In this document: piece by piece, positions 9,370 to 18,750 of the stretch
How positions within the stretch are numbered: position 1 is the first letter of the stretch
How the letters are laid out: each line of letters starts with the position of its first letter
NCBI GenBank assembly: GCA_021772875.1
Contig: JAJFLD010000039.1
Span: 1 to 40,356, forward strand
Direction of reading: 5' to 3'
Source: Ghiorsea sp.
GTDB taxonomy: Bacteria; Pseudomonadota; Zetaproteobacteria; Mariprofundales; Mariprofundaceae
DNA: 40,356 bases
Made by a program: the position numbers and the translations under genes
Notes under the pieces: generated by a model
Database searches by the model: none
Seen by the model: the letters and a program-made list of their open reading frames with translations, nothing else
What the model was told of the DNA's origin: nothing

Positions 9370-10161
9370 TTAAGCCGCAATCGCCTCTCGTTGCATCAAT
9401 TCTTGGGCTACTTGGAAATATGCCTGCGCGCCTTTTGAGCGTAAATCATGATACATCACAGGAACACCATAACTTGGTGCTTCAGATAAGCGAACATTTC
9501 TAGGTACTATCGCCTCATACACTTGCGCGCCAAAATACTCTCGAACATCCTTTTCCACCTGCATAGATAAATTGTTTCGCCTATCTACCATGGTTAATAA
9601 AATACCTTCCACCTCTAAATTTTTATTCAGATTTGCACGTACACGGCGAATAGTATCCATCAACTGGCTCAGCCCCTCCATAGCATAAAACTCGGTTTGC
9701 AAGGTAATCAAAACCCGATCTGATGCTGTGAGCGCATTTATAGTTAACATATTCAAGGCTGGTGGGCAATCAATGATGACATAATCAAAAGGCTCTCCAG
9801 TATATGATTCAAGATGTGTATACAATGCGCGTTCTCTATTCTCTTGATTCACCAGCTCAACTTCAGCACCCGATAAATCTATAGTAGCAGGCACCAAATA
9901 TAGGCCCTCGCATGTAGTCTCTATGATTGCTTCAACCAGCTCCCCACGTTGACCAAGTAAATCGTACATACCAACACCAACAGCATCTTTATCCACACCC
10001 AAACCCGATGTTGTATTCCCTTGAGGGTCCAAATCAAGAACCAAAACACGTTTATCCAAGGCCGCCAATGAGGCTGCTAAATTAATCGTTGTTGTGGTTT
10101 TCCCAACGCCACCTTTTTGATTTGCTATAGAAAAAACAGGCCCTATATTTTTATGTTTCAC
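9370..10161 (-). CDS. parA: Chromosome partitioning ATPase ParA/Soj
   Basis: NQKGGVGKTTT, DLDPQGN, DCPP, PRNVRLSEAPS. Likely GTG start at 10161, 8 nt after GGAGG; the longer ORF overlaps rsmG. Confidence 0.95.
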   Translation of the reverse strand: MKHKNIGPVFSIANQKGGVGKTTTTINLAASLAALDKRVLVLDLDPQGNTTSGLGVDKDAVGVGMYDLLGQRGELVEAIIETTCEGLYLVPATIDLSGAEVELVNQENRERALYTHLESYTGEPFDYVIIDCPPALNMLTINALTASDRVLITLQTEFYAMEGLSQLMDTIRRVRANLNKNLEVEGILLTMVDRRNNLSMQVEKDVREYFGAQVYEAIVPRNVRLSEAPSYGVPVMYHDLRSKGAQAYFQVAQELMQREAIAA

Positions 10162-10717
10162 GTGAAACACCTCCCTGTGCAAACGCATGTTTTTTATAAC
10201 AAGCAATGCGTTGTAGACCTTTAGTTTTTGAATCAGAAACCATATCCCAACCATCAACATGTGGTAACAATATTTCATTTGGCACCGACAACACAGCTGT
10301 GCCACCTTCAACGATATGTTTATCACACATGCCTATAAGTGTCTCCACGTCCGACACCGCTCTTGCAACACAAACTGTCGCATTTAATGGTTCTAAATCA
10401 TGGATATCAGCATCATACGCCTTCCCCTTTAAACCAAGCTTACGAATCACATGTCGAATAAACTCTGTTCGTTTCTTTCTCCGCTCCACCAAGATAGCGC
10501 TAATATCCTCTCTATGAATGAGCAATGGAATACCTGGAATACCCATACCACTTCCTATATCAAGCACGATTGCATCTTTAGCAATCCATTGACTTAGAGC
10601 AACTGAAGGATCAATAAATCTAGAATAAAAAATATTCATATCTTTGATCGATGTTAAATTAAGAACCTTTCTAAATTTAAGGACCTCATCACAATATTTT
10701 TTTTGTGCTTCATCCAT
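10151..10717 (-). CDS. rsmG: 16S rRNA m7G527 methyltransferase (GidB)
   Basis: [24 protein letters not shown]; position after mnmG. Confidence 0.92.
   Translation of the reverse strand: MDEAQKKYCDEVLKFRKVLNLTSIKDMNIFYSRFIDPSVALSQWIAKDAIVLDIGSGMGIPGIPLLIHREDISAILVERRKKRTEFIRHVIRKLGLKGKAYDADIHDLEPLNATVCVARAVSDVETLIGMCDKHIVEGGTAVLSVPNEILLPHVDGWDMVSDSKTKGLQRIACYKKHAFAQGGVSRET
10154..10169. promoter_or_regulatory. parS centromere site
   Basis: Perfect palindrome TGTTTCACGTGAAACA at the rsmG end and parA start. Confidence 0.95.
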
Positions 10718-12623
10718 TTACTTTTATCCGAGATTGCCCCTTCAACCAAATCATCATACAACTCATCGATGCTGGTGTAACACCAGAAATTCGAGATGCT
10801 TGACCAAGATTATTGGGTCGCGAAGCAGTGAGTTTTTGTCTGACTTCGGTACTTAGCCCAAGTACTTTTTCATAATCTAAATCGTGAGGAATTAAAATAG
10901 CTTCTAGATTTGCAAACTTATCAACTTCTAACTGTTGCTTATCCAAGTAACCATCGTAGTGCAATAATGCCTTGAGTGAAGCAATGTCACGCGGATTTAA
11001 ATCCCCTAATCCCAACAAAGGAAGAACCTTATCAACTTCAACATCTGCCCGATGACAATAGGCTGACACAGCCATACCTTGATTAGGGGTAGGAAGATCC
11101 TTTTCATCTAAAATATCACGCCATTTTTTACCTGAGCCAATTGTTGTAGATTCCATCTGATATTGAGCGCGTGCAAACAACTCCAATCTCTTTTCTATTT
11201 TTCCCTTCCATGCATCATTTAATAAATGAAGATGCATAGCTGCCTGAGAGAGGCGAATATCTGCATTATCCTCTCTTAATTTTAGCCTGAATTCTGCTCT
11301 CGAAGTAAACATACGATAAGGTTCACTGACACCTTTATGCACAAGATCATCAACCATAACACCTATGTATGATTCTGATCTAGTAGGTACCCACTCATCC
11401 AAACCGAGTGCTTTTGAAGCGGCATTAATACCTGCAAGCAAACCTTGAGCCGCTGCTTCCTCATATCCTGTAGTGCCATTAATTTGCCCTGCATGAAATA
11501 AACCAGAAACTTTTTTACATTCCAATGTGGGGCGAAGCTCTGTGGGGTCAATATAATCATATTCAATTGCATACCCAGGGCGAATAATATTTACATGCTC
11601 TAGCCCTTGAATAGATCGTAAAAATTCCCACTGCACATCAATTGGCAATGACGTAGAAATACCATTTGGGTATACTTCCGCATGATCATCACCTTCAGGT
11701 TCTAAAAATATTTGATGACTATCTTTATCAGCAAAACGAACAATTTTATCTTCTATGCTTGGGCAATAACGAGGGCCTTTGCTTTCAATTTGACCAGAAA
11801 ACATAGGTGAGCGCTCTAAATTTTCCCTGATGATATCATGCGTCTTTGCATTCGTTCGTACAATTGCACAATTTTCTTGGTCTTGTCTCACCATATCATT
11901 CAAAATAGAAAACGGCACTGCACTAGTATCCCCAGGCTGCATTTCTAAATTATCCCAATCAATGGTTCGTTTATCCAACCTTGGAGGTGTGCCTGTTTTC
12001 AATCGTCCTACGCGTAATTCTTTTTGATACAGCTCTTTGGTTAAACCATCAATAGACGCATCACCTAATCGTCCTGCAGGGAAACGATTATTCCCGATAT
12101 GGATCAAACCACCCAGAAAGGTTCCTGTTGTTAAAATCACTGTTGGTGAATAATGTTGAACACCGAAATTATCTAAAACACCTTCTATTGCCCCAGAATT
12201 ATCAAACAATAAATCATTTATCGTACCTTGATAAAGATTTAAATTCACCTGCTTATCCAATAAGTTTCTTATAGCAATATGATATAACCGGCGATCACAC
12301 TGCGCGCGCGTGGCCTGAACTGCAGGACCTTTCCTTTGGTTAAGTATACGATACTGCAACGCTGATCTATCGGCAGCAAGGCCCATAACACCACCTAAGG
12401 CATCAATTTCTTTTACCAAATGCCCTTTTCCAACACCACCAATCGCAGGGTTACATGACATTTTTGCAATAGTATCTAAATTTTGCGTGATTAACCGAAC
12501 ACGTGCACCACGACGTGCCGCTGCCAATGCAGCTTCACAGCCAGCATGGCCTGCACCAATCACAAGAACATCCACTGGACCATCGGGGTGTTTCACGTGA
12601 AACATATTTTGAGAATTTTTCAT
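10710..12623 (-). CDS. mnmG: tRNA U34 modification enzyme MnmG (GidA)
   Basis: [56 protein letters not shown]. Confidence 0.98.
   Translation of the reverse strand: MKNSQNMFHVKHPDGPVDVLVIGAGHAGCEAALAAARRGARVRLITQNLDTIAKMSCNPAIGGVGKGHLVKEIDALGGVMGLAADRSALQYRILNQRKGPAVQATRAQCDRRLYHIAIRNLLDKQVNLNLYQGTINDLLFDNSGAIEGVLDNFGVQHYSPTVILTTGTFLGGLIHIGNNRFPAGRLGDASIDGLTKELYQKELRVGRLKTGTPPRLDKRTIDWDNLEMQPGDTSAVPFSILNDMVRQDQENCAIVRTNAKTHDIIRENLERSPMFSGQIESKGPRYCPSIEDKIVRFADKDSHQIFLEPEGDDHAEVYPNGISTSLPIDVQWEFLRSIQGLEHVNIIRPGYAIEYDYIDPTELRPTLECKKVSGLFHAGQINGTTGYEEAAAQGLLAGINAASKALGLDEWVPTRSESYIGVMVDDLVHKGVSEPYRMFTSRAEFRLKLREDNADIRLSQAAMHLHLLNDAWKGKIEKRLELFARAQYQMESTTIGSGKKWRDILDEKDLPTPNQGMAVSAYCHRADVEVDKVLPLLGLGDLNPRDIASLKALLHYDGYLDKQQLEVDKFANLEAILIPHDLDYEKVLGLSTEVRQKLTASRPNNLGQASRISGVTPASMSCMMIWLKGQSRIKVNG
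12589..12604. promoter_or_regulatory. parS centromere site
   Basis: Perfect TGTTTCACGTGAAACA within the 5' end of mnmG (encodes MFHVKH). Confidence 0.95.
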
Positions 12624-12745
12624 GTGGCAAGTCTACAAAAGAGAAATAGATTATCTAGTGACCAAGAGGTTATAAAAAGATATTATCTACATATAAGGAT
12701 TAAAAGATTTAAAAATAACTAAATAATACAAATGTATTATAAGTA

Positions 12746-12779
12746 TTAAAAGGGAGGCTGTGAAAAACCTCCCTTTTAA
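12746..12779 (-). terminator. Intrinsic terminator after prk
   Basis: TTAAAAGGGAGG-N10-CCTCCCTTTTAA perfect 12-bp inverted repeat, 15 nt past the stop. Confidence 0.8.
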
Positions 12780-12794
12780 GAACTATATTATCAA

Positions 12795-13658
12795 CTAAAC
12801 TTTATTACGATTAGCCAACATATCATGAATGATTGGAGAAAAGATTAACTCCATCGCTAAAAGCATTTTACTCGAAGGCACTACAATGGTATTACGGCGA
12901 GACATAAACGAGTGATTCAACATGGATAATAAATAAGGAAAATCAATATTCCATTTCTCTGCATCGCGAACACGGATCACCATTAAACTTTCATCAGGCG
13001 TAGGTACATCTCTTGCAATGAATGGATTTGATGTATCAACTAAAGGTACACGCTGAAAGTTTATATCTGTATGGCTAAATTGAGGTGTGATAAAATGAAC
13101 ATAATCATGCATACGCGATAAAATATTATCAACAACAGCTTCTGAAGAGTAACCACGCATAGCTGTATCACGATGGATTTTTTGTATCCATTCAATATTC
13201 ACCACAGGAACAATACCAACCATTAAATCAGCAAAAGGACGAACTTCTTCTACACCACCATGTAGCCCTTCATAAAAAAGTAAATCTGAGCCTTCGCCAA
13301 TTTCTTTCCAATCTGTGAATTTTCCAGGATCAACACCAAAAATTTTAGATTCAGCTTTATCATGAATATACTGGCGAGAGTGACCAACACCTTTTTCACC
13401 ATAATCTTTAAAGAGCTCAGCGATTTTACCAAATAAATTTGCTTCGTCAGAAAAGTGGCTTAACCTTTTACCTGCAGCTGCAAATTCTTTTGCTTTTTCT
13501 TTAAACGTCAACCGATCAAACTTATGGAAACAATCTCCCTCAACAATTGCAGGTGTGACATTTTCACGGTGGAAAATGTGTTCCAATGCAACTTTTGCAG
13601 TACTTGTTCCAGCACCAGAGGAACCAGTGACAGAAATAACAGGATGCTTAATAGACAT
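12795..13658 (-). CDS. prkB: Phosphoribulokinase (proteobacterial PrkB/CbbP type)
   Basis: KHPVISVTGSSGAGT, EGDCFH, LLFYEGLHG, EWIQKIHRD, INFQRVP.VDTSNPF; GGGAG SD before ATG at 13658. Confidence 0.95.
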   Translation of the reverse strand: MSIKHPVISVTGSSGAGTSTAKVALEHIFHRENVTPAIVEGDCFHKFDRLTFKEKAKEFAAAGKRLSHFSDEANLFGKIAELFKDYGEKGVGHSRQYIHDKAESKIFGVDPGKFTDWKEIGEGSDLLFYEGLHGGVEEVRPFADLMVGIVPVVNIEWIQKIHRDTAMRGYSSEAVVDNILSRMHDYVHFITPQFSHTDINFQRVPLVDTSNPFIARDVPTPDESLMVIRVRDAEKWNIDFPYLLSMLNHSFMSRRNTIVVPSSKMLLAMELIFSPIIHDMLANRNKV

Positions 13659-13724
13659 AAATACTCCCAACTTTTTTTAAAACTTTCCAAACAGGTAAAA
13701 CCGTGCTCACCCTCAGAGCGCTGC

Positions 13725-13754
13725 ATTATGCCGTTAGATGAGGGTAAATATCAA
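13725..13754 (-). promoter_or_regulatory. Putative sigma70 promoter of prk
   Basis: TTGATA (13754-13749), 18 bp, CATAAT (13730-13725) in the dnaN-prk gap. Confidence 0.5.
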
Positions 13755-13758
13755 GGAA

Positions 13759-14859
13759 CTAAATACGCATCGGCATAAGAACATGACGAGAGCGTTCATG
13801 TTCTGCTTCTAAAAGCAATGCAGGAGATAAACTATCTTTCAATTGAATACGTACTGTTGCTGATTGAATAGCCGCCAAAACATCACGCATGTATTTAGCG
13901 TTAAAGCCAACTTCAATGTCTAATCCATCATAGACTATAGAAAGTTCCTCTTCAGCCTGCTCCTGCTCAGTATTATGGGCCGCAATAACTAATTTATTTA
14001 GATTGAAGGTTAATTTTACATCATGTGTAAAATCATTAGCAACCACCATGCTTCTGCGTAAGGCTTGATCGAGTAGGTTTTTATCAACTATAGCTGTGTA
14101 TGGATTATTTTTTGGTATGACATCTTCATATACAGGATATTTGGCATCAATAACTTTAGAAGTAAATCGTTGTTGATCAATTTCAATGCGAACTTGATGT
14201 GTGCCTAAAAATAAAGTGATATTATCTTCAGTATTTTCTGCTAATCGTTTGATTTCCATTACAGCTTTTTTAGGTACAATACAAACAGTAGCTTCATTTT
14301 GATTTTCTAATTTAAATTCACTGAGTGCCATGCGGTGACCATCGGTAGTAACAATTCGTATACCATGCTCTTGTGTCACTTCAAACAAACTACCCGTTAA
14401 ATATTTTCTTGTTTCATCATGAGACATCGCAAAACTAGTGGATGTTATCATTCGAACCAATTCAGAGCTTAATATTTCAATAGATAAATCTGTTTCATCT
14501 TCAGGCTCACTTGGGAATTCATCAGCTGGTTTGGTGGCAAGTTTAAATTTCACACCATCACTTAAAATTTCTAAAAAATTATTTTCAACATGTAATTCTA
14601 CTAAAGTTTCAGGATTTAATTCTTTAACAATTTCAAAAATCTTTTTTGCCTCAACTGTAAAGGAGCCAGGTTGTATAATTTCCGCTTCTTGTGTGCTTGA
14701 AAATGTTGATTGTAAATCAGTAGCCGTAAGTTTTAAATTTTGATCAAAAGTAGCAAAATGAATATTTGCTAAAATAGGATTGGTATTTCTTTTTTCGACA
14801 ATGTTTTGACAGCGTTGAATTTGATGAAAAAGCTGTGTTCTTGAAATTTTAAGATGCAT
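13759..14859 (-). CDS. dnaN: DNA polymerase III beta sliding clamp
   Basis: LTATDL, VTTDGHRMA, IVPKKAV, VGFNAKY, C-terminal VLMPMRI; 366 aa. Confidence 0.97.
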   Translation of the reverse strand: MHLKISRTQLFHQIQRCQNIVEKRNTNPILANIHFATFDQNLKLTATDLQSTFSSTQEAEIIQPGSFTVEAKKIFEIVKELNPETLVELHVENNFLEILSDGVKFKLATKPADEFPSEPEDETDLSIEILSSELVRMITSTSFAMSHDETRKYLTGSLFEVTQEHGIRIVTTDGHRMALSEFKLENQNEATVCIVPKKAVMEIKRLAENTEDNITLFLGTHQVRIEIDQQRFTSKVIDAKYPVYEDVIPKNNPYTAIVDKNLLDQALRRSMVVANDFTHDVKLTFNLNKLVIAAHNTEQEQAEEELSIVYDGLDIEVGFNAKYMRDVLAAIQSATVRIQLKDSLSPALLLEAEHERSRHVLMPMRI

Positions 14860-14869
14860 ATTCTAATAC

Positions 14870-15135
14870 TCTCTGTCTTTATATAAATATAATTATCGTA
14901 GTCATAGGCTTTGTGGATAAGTGGTATAAACACACTTCTACTTTAAAAAACAAAGGCTTAACTCATTACAATCTGTGCATATTCCCTCATATAAGTTGTG
15001 GATAGATTGCGGATAATATGCTTTTTTTTTATTTTTGAAACTCTAATCCTTACAATCACAATTTATCCACAATCATACCCTCGGGTTATCCTTATTTTAT
15101 ACACAGGTGTTTATCCTTGTTTTATACACAGGTGT
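14870..15135. other. Chromosomal replication origin (oriC)
   Basis: Consensus DnaA boxes TGTGGATAA 14912-14920, TTATCCACA 15063-15071, TTATACACA 15097-15105 and 15122-15130. One-mismatch boxes at 14997-15005 and 15008-15016. AT-rich tract next to dnaN. Confidence 0.88.
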
Positions 15136-15149
15136 TTATCCTTGTTTTA
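15086..15149. repeat. 25-bp tandem repeat, about 2.5 copies; each full copy carries a DnaA box
   Basis: TTATCCTTRTTTTATACACAGGTGT at 15086-15110 and 15111-15135; 14-bp partial copy at 15136-15149 is the dnaA 3' end. Confidence 0.93.
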
Positions 15150-16455
15150 AAAGCTGCATAAGTCGATTTATTTCGTCATTAAAGTCTTCACTTTCTTCAC
15201 GCTCAGCTTTAATTTTTCGATGCGCATATAAAATTGTTGTATGATCTTTTTTATCAAATCTATCTGCGATTTCAGGCATGGACATTTTTGTTAGCTCTTT
15301 GCTGATATACATAGCTATTTGGCGCGGGTAGGCAATATTACGTTTACGCACCTTTGATTTCATATCCTGAAGCCGAATATTATAATAATGCGCAACTTGT
15401 TTTTGGATATCTTCAATGTTAATAACTTTTGTTTTTAATTGAAGTTGATCGCGCAGCTTATCTTGCGCGAGTGCCATGGTAATGGGCTGTTTTGAAAGTT
15501 TTGAATAGGCAGTTAATCGGGTTAAGGCCCCTTCCAGCTCTCTAACATTACTTGTTATTTTAGAAGCCAGTAAAAAATAAATATCATCATCGAGTGTAAT
15601 ACCTGCAAGTGTTGTTTTACTCTTTAAAATAGCCATGCGTGTTTCAAAGTTTGGTGGCTGTATATCGGCAACGAGGCCCCAGTTGAAGCGAGAACGCAAA
15701 CGCTCTGCAAGATGTTTGATGGAAGAAGGGTCTCTGTCTGAGGTTAAAATAATTTGTTTTTTAGCTTTGTGTAAAGCATCAAAAGTATGGAAAAACTCTT
15801 CTTGTGTACTTTGTTTTCCTTCAATAAATTGGATGTCGTCGATAATGAGCACATCAACTTCACGATATTTATTACGAAATTTAGCTGTTTGTTGGGTGCG
15901 TATGGAATCAATCAATTCGTTGGTGAAATGTTCACCTGTTCGGTAGGCAATTTTAATATTTTCTTTTTCAGCCAATTGGTTGGCAATTGCATTGATTAAA
16001 TGGGTTTTACCTAGTCCTACACCACCATGAATATATAAAGGATTGTATTGTGCATCAGGTTGTTCTGAAACTGCAAGACTAGCAGCATGGCAAAATTCAT
16101 TGCTAGGGCCAACTACAAAGTTTTCAAAAGTGAAACGTTCATCGATAAACCCATCAATATTTGCTTTAGTGGGTTTCGCTGTTTTTGCATTTGCAGCGGG
16201 GAATAATTCAATAGAACTATCAATTTCATAGTTTACAAGAAGTTTATGAAGACCAAGAGATTGAAGAATAACCATGATTTTTTCTTCACAGTCTGCCTTT
16301 AAACCATCAATAAAAAATTGACTGGGTACTTTTAAGGTTAAAATATTTTCGTGGTAGCTGGTGGTGACAGGTTCAACCCAAGCCCCCATTTTAGATGGGG
16401 AAAGTTGAGTAGAAAGTTGTAGTTTAATGAGGTCCCAAATTTTTTGATGTTCCAT
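15136..16455 (-). CDS. dnaA: Chromosomal replication initiator DnaA
   Basis: FTFENFVVG, YNPLYIHGGVGLGKTHL, LIIDDIQF, NVRELEGAL, KKDHTTI; likely start MEHQKIW at 16455. Confidence 0.98.
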   Translation of the reverse strand: MEHQKIWDLIKLQLSTQLSPSKMGAWVEPVTTSYHENILTLKVPSQFFIDGLKADCEEKIMVILQSLGLHKLLVNYEIDSSIELFPAANAKTAKPTKANIDGFIDERFTFENFVVGPSNEFCHAASLAVSEQPDAQYNPLYIHGGVGLGKTHLINAIANQLAEKENIKIAYRTGEHFTNELIDSIRTQQTAKFRNKYREVDVLIIDDIQFIEGKQSTQEEFFHTFDALHKAKKQIILTSDRDPSSIKHLAERLRSRFNWGLVADIQPPNFETRMAILKSKTTLAGITLDDDIYFLLASKITSNVRELEGALTRLTAYSKLSKQPITMALAQDKLRDQLQLKTKVINIEDIQKQVAHYYNIRLQDMKSKVRKRNIAYPRQIAMYISKELTKMSMPEIADRFDKKDHTTILYAHRKIKAEREESEDFNDEINRLMQLLKQG

Positions 16456-16558
16456 GGCACAAGCATAACTAATATTTAGGGACAATTCATTACTGATGTT
16501 TGTTTTTAAGAATACTTGTTGACGAATGCTAAGTTTATTATTCATGATTCAAATTAAT

Positions 16559-17428
16559 ATGACAGAACAGCGAAATGTAATTTTTGAAGAAAAAGCTGAA
16601 GTTTTAGCGCATGTAAGCCATGAAGGTGAGCAATGTATTCTGCGATTAAAGGCACCAAAAACAGCTAAATATGCGCTACCAGGACAATTTGTACATATTC
16701 GTGTGTCGGATGCCTTGCCCTTGCGACGCCCAATCTCAATCATGTTAACCAATCCAGACAAGGGAACAATTGATTTATTATATAAAAAAGTTGGCGATGG
16801 AACATTGCAATTAAGTGATCGAAAAAAAGGTGATATATTACCCATGCTTGGCCCCGTCGGTAGACCATTTGACCTCTCGGATCATGCCAAGCGTTATGTT
16901 TTAATTGGCGGTGGTGTAGGTGTGCCACCGATGATATTTGTTGCCGATAGCTTGGCGGATAAAACTGATTTGGTATTGTTTGCAGGTTCTGAAGTGGTAT
17001 TCCCATTTGCGCTAAAACCATCAATGTTTGTTCTGCCTGGTATTTCAGGAAATACAACTTTAACCATTTCTTCACTTGAAGAGCGTGGTATTGCGTGCCG
17101 TTTGGCTTCAAATGCTGGTTTGTATGGTTGTTATGAAGGTCATGTGCCTGATTTAGCGCGTAATTATTTACAAGCCTTAAGTGAGGCTGAGCGTTCGCGA
17201 TGTGTATTGTTATCTTGTGGCCCTCACCCCATGTTGCATGCAGTTGCAAAACTTGGTCGTGAGTTTGGGCTTTCTACACAGCTCAGTTTGGAAGAATATA
17301 TGGCATGTGGCATAGGTGGTTGTGCAGGTTGTGTTGTAAAAACGTTAGAAAACGGACAGGAAAAATATAAAAGGGTTTGTGTTGATGGCCCTGTATTTGA
17401 TGCTAACTTGTTGTTAGAGTTCGCTTAA
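16559..17428 (+). CDS. pyrK: Dihydroorotate dehydrogenase electron-transfer subunit-like (FAD, 2Fe-2S); start may be 16544
   Basis: PGQFVH, LRRPISI, GGGVGVPP, SCGPHPML, EEYMACGIGGCAGC...RVCVDGPVF. Confidence 0.85.
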   Translation: MTEQRNVIFEEKAEVLAHVSHEGEQCILRLKAPKTAKYALPGQFVHIRVSDALPLRRPISIMLTNPDKGTIDLLYKKVGDGTLQLSDRKKGDILPMLGPVGRPFDLSDHAKRYVLIGGGVGVPPMIFVADSLADKTDLVLFAGSEVVFPFALKPSMFVLPGISGNTTLTISSLEERGIACRLASNAGLYGCYEGHVPDLARNYLQALSEAERSRCVLLSCGPHPMLHAVAKLGREFGLSTQLSLEEYMACGIGGCAGCVVKTLENGQEKYKRVCVDGPVFDANLLLEFA

Positions 17429-17449
17429 TTTAATTAAAGAGGAAATAAT

Positions 17450-18619
17450 ATGAGCAGTAATTTTGTGTTTACATCCGAATCTGTATCAGAAGGTCACCCT
17501 GATAAAATAGCAGATCAGATTTCAGATAGTATTTTGGATGCTATCCTACAGCAGGATAAATATGCACGCGTTGCATGTGAAACAATGATCAATACAGGTA
17601 TGGTTGTTTTATCGGGTGAAATCACAACATCTGCAATTATTGATTATCAAGAGATTGTACGTAATACCATCAAAAACATAGGTTATAATTCATCTGAAAT
17701 GGGTTTTGATTATAAATCCTGTGCTGTGCTGGTGAGTATGGATAAACAATCTGTTGATATTGCCGCAGGCGTTAATGAAGGTGAAGGCATTGATTTAAAT
17801 CAAGGTGCTGGTGATCAAGGATTGATGTTTGGTTATGCTTCGAATGAAACAGATGAGTTGATGCCCATGCCCGTTTTATTGTCACATAAAATTGTGGCCA
17901 AACAAGCAGAAGTGCGGAAAAGTGGTAAAATTTCTTTCCTTCGCCCTGATGCAAAATCCCAAGTTTCTATTCGTTATGAAAACTATAAACCTGTGGCCAT
18001 TGATGCAGTGGTTTTATCTACACAACACAGTGCCGATGTAGAGCATCAAGATTTGGTGCGTGAAGTTATGGAACATATCATCAAACCCGTGTTAGAGCCT
18101 ACAGGTTTATTACACAAGGGTACCAAATATCATATCAATCCAACAGGTCGTTTTGTGATTGGTGGGCCAGTTGGTGATTGTGGATTAACAGGCCGTAAAA
18201 TTATCGTTGATACATATGGTGGTTTTGGCCGTCATGGTGGCGGTGCTTTTTCAGGTAAAGATCCATCTAAGGTTGATCGATCAGCTGCGTATGCTGGCCG
18301 TTATGTGGCAAAAAACATTGTTGCTGCAGGTTTGGCAGATCGTTGTGAGGTACAAATTTCTTATGCCATTGGTGTTGCTGAACCAACATCTTTGATGGTA
18401 GATACCTTCGGCACAGGAAAAATCACAGACGAACACATTGCGGAATTGGTTCAAAAGAACTTTGATCTTCGCCCGAAAGGTATTGTGCAAGAGCTTGATT
18501 TGTTGCGCCCTATTTATACCAAAACAGCAGCGTATGGCCACTTTGGCCGCGAACTTCCTGAATTTACTTGGGAAAAAACAGATAAAGCAGCAATACTAAA
18601 GGCAGCAGCAGGCCTTTAA
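17450..18619 (+). CDS. metK: S-adenosylmethionine synthetase
   Basis: [47 protein letters not shown]. Confidence 0.98.
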   Translation: MSSNFVFTSESVSEGHPDKIADQISDSILDAILQQDKYARVACETMINTGMVVLSGEITTSAIIDYQEIVRNTIKNIGYNSSEMGFDYKSCAVLVSMDKQSVDIAAGVNEGEGIDLNQGAGDQGLMFGYASNETDELMPMPVLLSHKIVAKQAEVRKSGKISFLRPDAKSQVSIRYENYKPVAIDAVVLSTQHSADVEHQDLVREVMEHIIKPVLEPTGLLHKGTKYHINPTGRFVIGGPVGDCGLTGRKIIVDTYGGFGRHGGGAFSGKDPSKVDRSAAYAGRYVAKNIVAAGLADRCEVQISYAIGVAEPTSLMVDTFGTGKITDEHIAELVQKNFDLRPKGIVQELDLLRPIYTKTAAYGHFGRELPEFTWEKTDKAAILKAAAGL

Positions 18620-18630
18620 GTTTCACTTTA

Positions 18631-18698
18631 GACTGAGGAGCACTGCGCCGGTTGTTACAACCGTTAGGCTCAGTCGTTATTTTAAACAACGGTGCTCA
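18631..18698 (+). ncRNA. SAH riboswitch
   Basis: GACTGAG/CTCAGTC P1 stem, GAGGAGCACTGC core, AGGCTC, 3' CAACGGTGCTCA able to form the pseudoknot with GAGCAC; directly upstream of ahcY. Confidence 0.9.
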
Positions 18699-18750
18699 TA
18701 TTTTTTATGCTTAGAGTACATACATTTTAAGCAAATATAGGAGTATGAGA

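Noticed and set aside
9989-9997. Perfect DnaA box TTATCCACA inside parA
   Set aside because: Isolated; one chance 9-mer match in 40 kb of AT-rich DNA is unsurprising.
10162-10326. 55-aa N-terminal extension of ParA in the ORF track
   Set aside because: Overlaps rsmG; an SD plus GTG at 10161 gives a normal-length ParA.
15086-15149. 25-bp repeats as a possible CRISPR array
   Set aside because: Copies are contiguous with no spacers, and there are no cas genes.
16456-16545. N-terminal extension of DnaA overlapping the pyrK-like ORF
   Set aside because: Domain I begins at MEHQKIW; the extension is an ORF-calling artefact.
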